From: Antedon mediterranea
Lineage: Eukaryota > Animalia > Echinodermata
DNA: 64,000 nucleotides
Assembly: GCF_964355755.1 (NCBI RefSeq)
Contig: NC_092680.1
Span: 21,027,045-21,091,044 of the forward strand
Direction: 5' to 3'
The notes beneath the pieces were generated by a model. The model was not told the origin of the DNA. It saw only the letters and a program-made list of their open reading frames with translations, and ran no database searches. Of this stretch, positions 13,901 to 24,818 are shown piece by piece (within the stretch, counting starts at the first letter, position 1; every line of letters begins with the position of its first letter). Both the position numbers and the translations under genes were made by a program.

Positions 13901-14671
13901 GTAAAACCTATGGTGGTCCAAGGACAGAGTCAACCAATGATGCTACAAGGGCAGTTGCAACCAATAGTGATCCAAGGACAGAGGCAATCAATGGTGATCC
14001 AAGGACAGGTACAACCTATGGTGGTCCAAGAACAGAGTCAACCAATGATGACCCAAGGACAGAGTCAACCTATGATGATCCAAGGACAGAGGCAACCAAT
14101 GCTGACCCAAGAACAGGTGCAACCGATTGTAGTCCAAGGACAGAGGCAACCAATGATGGTCCAAGGACAGGTACAACCTATGGTGGTCCAAGAACAGAGT
14201 CAACCAATGATGACCCAAGGACAGAGTCAACCTATGATGATCCAAGGACAGAGTCAACCAATGATGACCCAAGGACAGAGTCAACCTATGATGGTCCCAG
14301 GACAGAGTCAACCAATGATCATGGCGCAAGGGCAGGTTCAACCTATTATGGTCCAAAGACAGGGACAACCTATGATAGTCCAAACACATGGTCAAGGAAT
14401 GGTAGCCTCTGGTCACGTGTCATCACAACCAGGAATACCAACACAGTCTATGTTTATTCAGCAACCAGTGGTTACAGACGGTCAGGATGCAGGTGTAGTT
14501 CAAAGCCAGATGCAACAAAATAACCAACCAGCTCCACAAAGTCAGCTAACCAACCAGACAGTTAGCACAAAGGTCCAAGCAGGGTCACTTCCACAGGGAG
14601 TTGAATCGCCTGCTGTGGTCAGCGAAGATGCTAACCAAGGCATTGGGGTTATTTCAAACCCGACCGTCTGA
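7932..14671 (+). CDS. MS4A/CD20-like membrane protein with two tandem tetraspan modules and a Gln/Met/Pro-rich repeat tail (~769 aa). Coding exons 7932-8165, 8682-8732, 9231-9413, 10006-10137, 10717-10741, 11160-11362, 12612-12668, 12915-13142, 13375-13518, 13619-14671
   Basis: All junctions are GT-AG and phase-compatible (phase 0, except phase 1 between 10741 and 11160). TM motifs LSIIHIIIGVISVGLGI, GMPIWTGILIFMVTGFYG and LDSVIIFFGVLEMLVC are typical of the CD20/MS4A family. A likely non-coding first exon has its donor near 7191. Confidence 0.75.
8384..8464. repeat. 17-bp tandem repeat (AACCAGTAACCCGTAGT), intronic
   Basis: About 4.5 copies read directly. Confidence 0.9.
10323..10637. mobile_element. 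TTAA-flanked MITE (Kolobok-like). Related copies at 38511-38840 and 51839-52159, partial ends near 51160, 56770 and 59280
   Basis: TIR TTAAAGAT(A/G)TATTGTCCCC ... GG(G/A)ACAATACATCTTTAA recurs across the window. Confidence 0.7.
11375..12057 (+). mobile_element. Helentron-associated non-autonomous element (HINE/DINE-1-like), intronic
   Basis: Subterminal inverted repeats TTACCTC(A)GCC / GGCGGAGGTA, a (GTTT)n microsatellite, a 3' hairpin and a CTAGTT end. Confidence 0.65.
12261..12512. mobile_element. MITE with TIR AG(C/T)CTG(A/G)TTTCCATAAAA, TAA/TTA flanks (PIF/Harbinger-like)
   Basis: agcctgatttccataaaa at 12261 and ttttatggaaaccagact at ~12497-12512, with an internal gtcgccgac/gtcggcga inversion. 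Confidence 0.6.
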
Positions 14672-15214
14672 ATTCAACACTAGCATAAAATGTAAATATT
14701 AATACTGAATAATTTTGCAGTTTAAATAACATACACAGTTAAACAATTTTAAAAACACAGTTAAACAATTTAACAATGGTTTGATATTATATATATACAC
14801 AGTTTATTTGTTAATGAATTTTATACTAGATACAAATAGTCAACCAGATTAATACTGACGTGGTTGATTAAATATTATATACAATCACAATTAAATATAC
14901 TGTTTAAAGTAAATTTTCCCATATTATTTGTTTTGAATCTATAGTTATAATATTATAATCATATGAAGCGACTGTAATTACTACTTTAAAATCAAATACA
15001 CAACTGCATTTTATTACGATTACGATGAAGAAAAAAATGCTTTAAAACATCTACGAAGACTAGCATGACTCTATAAGATGATAACGCAATATGTGCATAT
15101 ATGGCAATATTATAGCATAATTGAATATTATAGCACAATTCCAAAAATGAATTGATTATAATATATCATGCCTTAAAAGATGTCTTTATTCTGTATAACA
15201 TAAATTTATATATT

Positions 15215-16425
15215 TATGTCAAAAGTGGTTACTATAGCAATTTACCTGTACTATAGTACAGGGATTTTTTTCAAAAAATGTCCAATTTTCGACCTTTTTA
15301 TTTTTCGATAAAACTGGTTACTATAGCACAATTGACATGCACTTACCTTACAACAGGATCTTTGTAAAATTTCCAAATGGTGTGAGGATAATAAAATGAA
15401 ATTAAATGCAAAGAAGTGTAAAGTCATGCACATAACTAGGAAACGTAATTATATCCCTCATTTTATTTATAAAATCGAATCCAATCCCCTTGAAGCTGTT
15501 AATTCACATAAATATCTTGGTATTAACTTCTCACGTGATTTAACATGGTCTGCTCACGTTAATGATGTATCGATGAAATCTATGAGAATGCTTGGGTTTA
15601 TCAAACGGTTTGTAGGTTTCAATGACACCGAAATTTTACTACGACTTTTTAATGCAATATAGCTATTAACAAGTCATTAAGACGGGTTACTAAATTGTGT
15701 GTTGAAGGCGATTTCACTGACAGGCTTAAGACACTAAATTTACCAGATATGGTTCAAAGAATGAAATTTCATAGTATAATTTTTGTAGTTAAGTGTTTGC
15801 ATAAGTTAATTGATTTTGATATATTTGAATACCTTACAATTAATTCTCGGTATCCAGAGTCCCTCACCTTTAAACACATGTATGCTAGAACTAATGCATT
15901 TAAATACTCCCTGTTTGTTAATTTCCCTCGAATATGGGAATGTATCCCGCATGAAGTTCGTAACAAAGTCCTGTTTAACTTTGGGGGGTTTAGAAGGGAT
16001 TTGAAAAAATGTATTACTGATATCGAATTCATCTAGACTATCACTGTGTTTTTATGTCTATTGCGTTTTTTGTACTATTAGTTGGGAAAGCCACTCGACA
16101 GTGTAGTTCTTTTTAACTGATCCACTTTTGATTACCCGCAGGTGCTGATAGTACTTTTCTGTTTTATTGAATGATGCCGTGCCTTGTTTATGATTTTTGT
16201 ATGTTACCTGGAAATTGAATAAAATAAAAAAAATAAAATAGAACCCATTATTCGTCTCTGCGCATGTTTATTATGCTATAGTAACCATTTATGTCAAAAA
16301 ATAAAAGGGTCGAAAATCGGCCATTTTTCGAAAATTTCCCTGTACTATAGTACAGGGATTTTTTTTTTTAAATGACTAATTTTCTACCTTTTTATTTTTC
16401 GATAAAACTGGTTACTATAGCACAA
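15215..16425. repeat. Satellite B units interrupted by a LINE insertion
   Basis: Same unit as 18899-20600 on both sides of the LINE fragment. Confidence 0.85.
15342..16240 (+). mobile_element. 5'-truncated non-LTR retrotransposon (CR1/L2/jockey-like RT C-terminus plus 3'UTR with AAAAT tail)
   Basis: LQQDLCKISKWCEDNKMKLNAKKCKVMHI, HKYLGINFSRDLTWSAHV, RMLGFIKR and ARTNAFKYSLF...WE are typical post-RT motifs. The frame breaks at ~15660 and the element ends in aataaaataaaa. Confidence 0.85.
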
Positions 16426-16439
16426 TGATTTGATTTGAT

Positions 16440-18898
16440 TTGTCTAACTGACTGCTTATATCAATATACTATATTTTTTGTGTTTCTGCCTAAGTCAGCT
16501 GTGTGACTTAAGCAATTAAGGAGAGCTGACTTATGATTTTTTTAAATAAAATAAGAAATACATTTTTATAGTATATTTTTTAACCCATTTGTTACAAATT
16601 CTTTCGCTTTTATTGCTACTTTCTTTTTCTAAAACCATCAGTGTTAATTTTAATCTGAAGAGCTGATGCTATTAAATTTTGTTACTTAAAGGTAGCATTT
16701 TTGTTTATAGATGATATCGACAGCCTCATAACAAAAGTGTCTAAGTCATAATTGTTGTTTTGTTTTTCTGCCTAACTCACTGCTTATATCAATATTACAT
16801 TTTTGTGTGTTTCTGCCTAAGTCAGCTGTGTGTGACTTAGGCAATTAAGGAGAGCTGACTTATGATCTGCCTAACTCACTGCTTATATCATTATACTGCC
16901 CTCTGTACATTATCTCTAAGTGCTTTTATATACATTTGCACATACTCGGATCGTTTTTTGTGTTTCTGCCTAAGTCAGCTGTGTGATTTAGGCAATTAAG
17001 GAGAGGATACTCATGATTTTTTTAATAAAATAAGAAATACATTTTTATAGTATATTTTTTAACCCATTTGTTACAAATTCTTTCTCTTTTATTGCTACTT
17101 TTCTTTTCTAAATTCATCAGTGTTAATTTTAATCGGAAGAGCTGATGCTATTAAATTTTGTTACTTAAAGGTAGCATTTTTTGTATATAGATGATATCGA
17201 TAGCCTCATAACAAAAGTGTCTAAGTCATAATTTTGTTTTTTCTGCCTAACTCACTGCTTATATCAATATACTATATTTTTTGTGTTTCTGCCTAAGTCA
17301 GCTGTGTGACTTAGGCAATTAAGGAGAGCTGACTTATGATCTGCCTAACTCACTGCTTATATCAATATACTATATTTTTGTGTTTCTGCCTAAGTCAGCT
17401 GTGTGACTTAGGCAATTAAGGATACCTGACTTATGATCTGCCTAACTCACTGCTTATATCTTTATGCTGCCCTCTGTACATTATCTGAGTGCTTTTATAT
17501 ACATTTGCACATACTCGGATCGTTTTTTGTGTTTCTGCCTAAGTCAGCTGTGTGATTTAGGCAATTAAGGAGAGGAGACTCATGATTTTTTTAATAAAAT
17601 AAAAAATACATTTTTATAGTATATTTTTTAACCCATTTGTTACAAATTCTTTCTCTTTTATTGCTACTTTCCTTTTCTAAATTCATCAGTGTTAATTTTA
17701 ATCCGAAGAGCTTGATGCTATTAAATTTTGTTACTTAAAGGTAGCATTTTTTGTATATAGATGATATCGACAGCCTCATATATAACAAAAGTGTCTAAGT
17801 CATAATTTTGTTTTTTCTGGTTTACTCACTGCTTATATCAATATACTATATTTTTTGTGTTTCTGCCCAAGTCAGCTGTGTGACTTAGGCAATTAAGGAG
17901 AGCTGACTTATGATTTTTTAAATAAAATAAGAAATACATTTTTATAGTATATTTTTTAACCCATTTGTTACAAATTCTTTCGCTTTTATTGCTACTTTCT
18001 TTTTCTAAAACCATCAGTGTTAATTTTAATCTGAAGATCTGATGCTATTAAATTTTGTTACTTAAAGGTAGCATTTTTGTATATAGATGATATCGACAGC
18101 CTCATAACAAAAGTGTCTAAGTCATAATTTTTGTTTTGTTTTTCTGCCTAACTCACTGCTTATATCAATATTACATTTTTGTGTGTTTCTGCCTAAGTCA
18201 GCTGTGTGTGACTTAGGCAATTAAGGAGAGCTGACTTATGATCTGCCTAACTCACTGCTTATATCATTATACTGCCCTCTGTACATTATCTCTAAGTGCT
18301 TTTATATACATTTGCACATACTCGGATCGTTTTTTGTGTTTCTGCCTAAGTCAGCTGTGTGATTTAGGCAATTAAGGAGAGGATACTCATGATTTTTTTA
18401 ATAAAATAAGAAATACATTTTTATAGTATATTTTTTAACCCATTTGTTACAAATTCTTTCTCTTTTATTGCTACTTTCCTTTTCTAAATTCATCAGTGTT
18501 AATTTTAATCGGAAGAGCTGATGCTATTAAATTTTGTTACTTAAAGGTAACATTTTTTGTATATAGATGATATCGACAGCCTCATAACAAAAGTGTCTAA
18601 GTCATAATTTTGTTTTTTCTGCCTAACTCACTGCTTATATCAATATACTATATTTTTTGTGTTTCTGCCTAAGTCAGGTGTGTGACTTAGGCAATTAAGG
18701 AGAGCTGACTTATGATCTGCCTAACTCACTGCTTATATCAATATACTATATTTTTGTGTTTCTGCCTAAGTCAGCTGTGTGACTTAGGCAATTAAGGATA
18801 CCTGACTTATGATCTGCCTAACTCACTGCTTATATCTTTATGCTGCCCTCTGTACATTATCTGAGTGCTTTTATATACATTTGCACATGCTCAGATCG
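16440..18898. repeat. Satellite A: ~97-bp subunits with a GCCTAAGTCA-gctgtg-TGACTTAGGC hairpin, arranged in a ~1.38-kb higher-order duplication
   Basis: Subunits recur throughout. The block ~16480-17520 is repeated at ~17855-18898. Confidence 0.9.
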
Positions 18899-20800
18899 TC
18901 AAAAGTGGTTACTATAGCACAATTGACATGCGCAGAACCCATTTTTCGCCTCTGCGCATGTTTATTATGCAATAGTAACCATTTATGTCAAAAAATAAAA
19001 GGGTCGAAAATCGGCCATTTTTCGAAAATTTCCCTTTACTACAGTACAGGGATTTTTTCAAAAAATGGCCAATTTTCTACCTTTTTATTTTTCGATAAAA
19101 CTGGTTACCATAGCACAATTGACATGCGCAGAACCCGTTATTCGTCTCTGTGCATGTTTATTATGCAATAGTAACCATTTATGTCAATAAATAAAAGGGT
19201 CGAAAATCGGCCATTTTTCGCAAATTTTCCTGTACTATAGTACAGGGATTTTTTCAATAAATGTCCAATTTTCGACCTTTTTATTTTTCGATAAAACTGG
19301 TTACTATAGCACAATTGACATGCGCAGAACCTATTATTCGCCTCTGCGCATGTTTATTATGCAATAGTAACCATTTATGTCAAAAAATAAAAGGGTCGAA
19401 AATCGGCCATTTTTCGCAAATATTCCTGTACTATAGTACAGGGATTTTTTCAAAAAATATCCAATTTTCGACCTTTTAATTTTTCGATAAAACTGGTTAC
19501 TATAGCACAATTGACATGCACAGAACCCATTATTCGCCTCTGCGCATGTTTATTATACTATAGTAACCATTTATGTCAAAACTGGTTACCATAGCACAAT
19601 TGACATGCGCAGAACTCATTATTCGCCTCTGCGCATGTTTATTATGCAATAGTAACCATTTATGTCAAAAAATAAAAGGGTCGAAAATCGGCCATATTTC
19701 GCAAATTTCCCTGTACTATTATTATAGTACAGGGATTTTTTCAAAAATGTCAAATTTTCGACCTTTTAATTTTTCGATAAAACTGGTTACTATAGCACAA
19801 TTGACATGTGCAGAACCCATTATTCGCCTCTGCGCATGTTTATTATACTATAGTAACCATTTATGTCAAAACTGGTTACCATAGCACAATTGACATGCGC
19901 AGAACCCATTATTCGTCTCTGCGCATGTTTATTATGCTATAGTAACCATTTATGTCAAAAGTGGTTATTATAGCACAATTGACATGCACAGAACCCATTA
20001 TTTGCCTCTGCGCATGTTTATTATGCAATAGTAACCATTTATGTCAAAAAATAAAAGGGTCGAAAATCGGCCATTTTTCGCAAATTTCCCTGTACTATAG
20101 TACAGGGATTTTTTCAAAAACATTGCTAATTTTCTACCTTTTTATTTTTCGATAAAACTGGTTACTATAGCACAATTGACATGCGCAGAACCCATTATTC
20201 GCCTCTGTGCATGTTTATTATACTATAGTAACCATTTATGTCAAAACTGGTTACCATAGCACAATTGACATGCGCAGAACCCATTATTCGCCTCTGCGCA
20301 TGTTTATTATGCAATAGTAACCATTTATGTCAAAAAATAAAAGTGTAGAAAATCGGCCATTTTTCGCAAATTTTCCTGTACTATAGTACAGGGATTTTTT
20401 TCTAAAAAATGGCTAATTTTCTACCTTTTAATTTTTTGATAAAACTGGTTACTATAGCACAATTGACATGCGCAGAACCCATTATTCGCCTCTGCCCATG
20501 TTTATTATGCAATAGTAACCATTTATGACAAAAAATAAAAGGGTCGAAAATCGGCCAATTTTCGCCAAAAAAAACACCAAATTTCGATAAAAACTGGTTA
20601 CTATGACTCTAAAAGATGACGATAACGCAATATATGTGCATATATGGCAATATTATTGCTTAATAATTAAATTCTAAAAAGTCGATATTTTAGCCATTTT
20701 TGTAAAAATCCCTGTACTATATACAGGGAAATTTTGGAAAAATAACCAAATTTCGAACCTTTTATTTTTTTGACATAACTGGTTAATATGACTCTATAAG
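18899..20800. repeat. Satellite B: ~195-bp unit made of two long palindromes, with a partial inverted unit at ~20680-20790
   Basis: Repeated catgcgcaga...tctgcgcatg and tccctgtactatagtacaggga cores. ORFs 18809-20155 are translations of the repeat. Confidence 0.9.
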
Positions 20801-21109
20801 ATGATGGTAACGCAATATATGTGCATATATGGCAATAATATTTCATAATAATTTAATTTAAGACGATAGCTTGATATAAATAGTAAAACTCAGATGTATT
20901 TTAAATTTTATTCATTTTTTTGTCAATACCCAAAATTTATTTAACAATACATGATTCTTCTATTTACATTTGACGGTACACAACCAAACTGGAGATTAAA
21001 TAACCTATGCTCCATCTTGAAAAAGGTATAGTAGAATAGTAAGGGTAGTTGAAAAAGGTATAGTAGAATAGTAGGGGTAGTTGCGGTGAGATACAATACT
21101 GTGTAGATG

Positions 21110-21710
21110 TAGAAGATTGAGTAGAGATGGGGGCGCTTTAAAACTGAGTAGAGGTGGGCGATGCAAGACTGAGTAGAGGTGGTGCAACGCAAGATTGAGT
21201 AGATGTGGGGGAGATGCAAGATTGAGGGTAGGGCAATGCAAGATTGAGTAGAGGTGGGAAAGATGCAAGATTGAGTAGAGATAGGGCGATGCAAGATTTA
21301 GTAGAGGTGGGGAATATGCAAGATTGAGTAGAGATGGGGGCGTTTTAAAACTGAGTAGAGGTAGGGCGATGCAAGACTGAGTAGAGGTGGTGCAATGCAA
21401 GATTGAGTAGATGTGGGGGAGATGCAAGATTGAGGGTAGGGCAATGCAAGGTTGAGTAGAGGTGGGAAAGATGCAAGATTGAGTAGAGATAGGGCGATGC
21501 AAGATTTAGTAGAGGTGGGGAATATGCAAGATTGAGTAGAGATGGGGACGTTTTAAAACTGAGTAGAGGTAGCGCGATGCAAGATTGAGTAGAGGTGGGG
21601 AAGATGCAAGATTAAGGAGAGGTGGGGAGATGCAAGATTTGAGTAGAGGTGGCCAAATAATATAGAGGTGGAGCAGAGATACAAAATTGTACAAGATTAA
21701 GTAGATGTAT
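21110..21710. repeat. Purine-rich minisatellite, 24-26-bp units (GATGCAAGATTGAGTAGAGGTGGG) with a ~207-bp higher-order period
   Basis: Read directly. ORFs 20941-21694 derive from it. Confidence 0.9.
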
Positions 21711-22420
21711 GGGGAGTGAGTGAATCAAATGTATTATATGCAATATATATTCAGGCAATTGTTAATTGGAAGATTCAAACATTATGGCCGTCAATACATA
21801 ATCAAAATTGAATTTACAAATACCGTCAACTTCTACTCTGTTTCCTCTAGCTGGCAGGGCTTAATACCAGTAAATAAAGGAAGGGTTAAAGGAAGGCGTT
21901 ATTGGAAGATCTAAAAGTAATCTTTTGTGACAATCAATTTGCAAAAATTAAGTAGTATACAATTAAAATAACGTTAAGTTAAACCTAATACAAATACAAG
22001 AACATAAATTAAATCAAATTCCTACTTTTTTGTATGTTTCACTTTTCAACACTTAATTCATTTACTTAATCTTATACTCGCGGCATTGTTTAATGTTATT
22101 CTTTGCAAGTGGGTACTGTTTTCAGAAATAGTACAATTACAATGAACAAAACTGACAGACAATAATACTTAAATTAAAGTATACCAAACATATTATTTAG
22201 TACAAGACTAACGTAAGTCACATATTATCTATGGATAAAATATAAATTGCTGCATTTTCAAGCAAGCATGTTTTATTTGTTTGGAGGAGTATTTTCTAAA
22301 TCCTGCACATCTCCTCACAGCTAGTAAAGGAAGAGCATTAATAATAAAGTTTCTCACTTTTCATTTATTGATATTAATTTCCCAATATATATACTGAGAT
22401 ATATATATATATATATATAT

Positions 22421-22580
22421 ACTGATGAAGGGCTAGTGTTGCCCGAAAGCTCTGCTAATTTTTCTGGCTGTTTTACTTTATCGTTTTGATTTAGCTTTTC
22501 GCTTTTTTTTTGTATCTCCATTGAGATCCAGCCACTGATACTCACAGCATTGTCATTTTTTCAGTAATTTGTCTTTGTAT
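22421..22580 (+). mobile_element. Penelope-like element terminal repeat fragment with a minimal hammerhead ribozyme motif, inserted in (TA)n
   Basis: CTGATGA-A-GGGC-tagtgtt-GCCC-GAAA-GC-TC. A near-identical copy lies at 38970-39130. Confidence 0.65.
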
Positions 22581-23882
22581 ATTATATATATATAAGATTG
22601 CTTCTTTTAATTTTGGTGAAATAAATTCTTTTGAAGTTCCATATGTTCTCGGCACACTTTGTTATACAAGCCCGATGTGCAGAGAACACTCAAAATGCTT
22701 CTCTATAAGAAACAATCGACAAAATATTTATATACAGTATAATAAATTTGAACTACATTATGGTAAGAGCTCATATTTTAAAATAATAATCTAAATAAAT
22801 ACTTTGGTTTAACATTGTGACTTTTCAGCAAACTGCTTTTATATAATTTTTCTTTAAATTGCATTAACAAAAATCATATTGTACCACCCAATGACCTATC
22901 CTGATTGTAACATGTAGTCTGTATAAAGGATTGCAATAATAATAAAATAATTACACAGTCCTTAAATTTCATTAATCTTAAAGGACAACTTCTATAATTT
23001 TGTAAACAGTTTATATCCAATTTATTTCTTTTCAAGATCTCTACGCTAAAATAAAGAAAATCCTCTATTAAGGACCAGATCATCTTATAATAAACAACAT
23101 TAGCAATTATTTCTGGTCCATTATTTCACCACAAGATTGCATTCTACTAGCAATGAATAGTTCATTGTATTAATATTTGTACTTTTTAATCTTTCTCGTT
23201 GTTTCTATTGTTATAATTTTGTATTTCTTTCTGTTGGATGATTATGTTTTGCTTTGGAGACCCACTTGATAGTTGATTTAGTTCGCTTTTGGGAATCCTG
23301 TCTCTCTCTATTGTTTGCTTTTATTTTATATCCGAGACAAAATAAATGAAATGAAATTAATATTAATCAATAGAAGAAAATAATCTTATAGCAACATACT
23401 AAAATTATCTATAGTATAACAACCAACAACCGTCAATGATAATCTCTTAATATATGTATTTTACATCTGTATTTTTCTCCTGCATTTAAAAATAAATACT
23501 TTATCTATAGAACAGAGAACTTAATACATAGATATTGCCATCTAAGAGGTACTGTATAACATTTGATATCCTCAGATACTAGATGACCTGGTTTATATTT
23601 TAATGTAACTTTTATATGTCTAACATGAACTTGTATTTTAAGTATTTAAATTATTTCATTAATTGTTATTTGTATATATTGTAAATTCAACAATGCTTCC
23701 CTGCAATAAAGAATTTGAATTAAATTCAGAGGGAATTATATTTTTCTCTATGGACTCTGTTTTAAGTACTGTATATTCCTGATAGAAAAATATAAGATTA
23801 TACCAAATGTTATATTACACCAAAAAAAAGGCAACATATGTTATACAGTATTATATAGCCTACAATTTATTGTTAGATAACC

Positions 23883-24003
23883 TTAAAGGTACATTCGTAC
23901 TTGATGTCTCTGTCTGTCTATTCTATTATATAATTTTCCAATATTTTACTAAACAGCGCCGTCTTCCGTTCTGTTAAACAGGACAAGTGCGGATGTACCT
24001 TTA
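23883..24003. mobile_element. Short TIR element (~120 bp)
   Basis: taaaggtacattcgtacttg ... caagtgcggatgtaccttta form an inverted pair. Confidence 0.55.
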
Positions 24004-24600
24004 GTCAGCGAAGAATTATAGCAGAAACGCAACATAATTTATTATTCCTTGTTCTTACAAGAGTACTTTTCTGTTTTCATTGAAAGATTTAAAACTATTT
24101 GAAGTCATAATTTAAAGCGTTAATTTATAGGTATAAAACATCTCAATGCTCTGATTTGCTAAAAACTCACATACCAAACGAAATATCAATTTTTAAAATT
24201 ATATTTTTATATATGGAGCAGTAGTCATGTGATGCCATTTCGACCAATCAGTTATTATATTTACTGTAGGCTATGCAATATCTTATAGGACATTCCAACT
24301 ACTGTATCTATAGAACAGACATAATAGTCACTGATAGAATGTAATATATATTAGGATGGGAGCTTTTTCCTTTCTCTTTTTTGTTTTGCAATGATAGCAC
24401 AATGTTATAGCCTAAAATTTGCGGTCACATATTTCCATCCCGTTGATTTTAACAGGATTAATTTCCTGGTTTAAAAAAAAAGACAAAATGATAAAAAGCT
24501 CCCTAAAAATTAAAAACTATATATAGTTTCCAGTTTATTCAATCAATTGAAAGAACAACATGTTGGTCAATTATTTTTGACAGTACTTCTTTTTATCTTA

Positions 24601-24745
24601 AGCTCTGGTGTAAACTATCCAACTAGTTTGACAAAAAAAGTGTGATGTACCCAAATATGGTAGTGATATGACATCATCATGTCCGTATACGGACATTTAT
24701 ATCACATTTTTTTGTCACATAAAGTTTGATAGTGTAGACAGAGCT
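24601..24745. mobile_element. ~145-bp PIF/Harbinger-type (Tourist-like) MITE family. Copies at 50475-50613, 55963-56151, 59879-59944, 60024-60156 and 61586-61770
   Basis: TIR AGCTCTGTCTACACTATCAAACT, TTA/TAA flanks, and a conserved body gtgatgtgcccaaatatggtagtgatatgacatcatcatgtcc. Confidence 0.8.
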
Positions 24746-24818
24746 TTAACATCACAAACATTCAACAAGTAGCTTTATAAGCAGCACCTTTTATGTTGTA
24801 TTATGTGTGGATACGATG

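Noticed and set aside
13988-14416. His/Leu-rich minus-strand ORF
   Set aside because: Antisense shadow of the Gln/Met repeat exon.
16440-20600. Palindromic repeats with intervening sequence resembling a CRISPR array
   Set aside because: The intervening sequences are themselves repeated, there are no cas genes, and the context is spliced eukaryotic genes.
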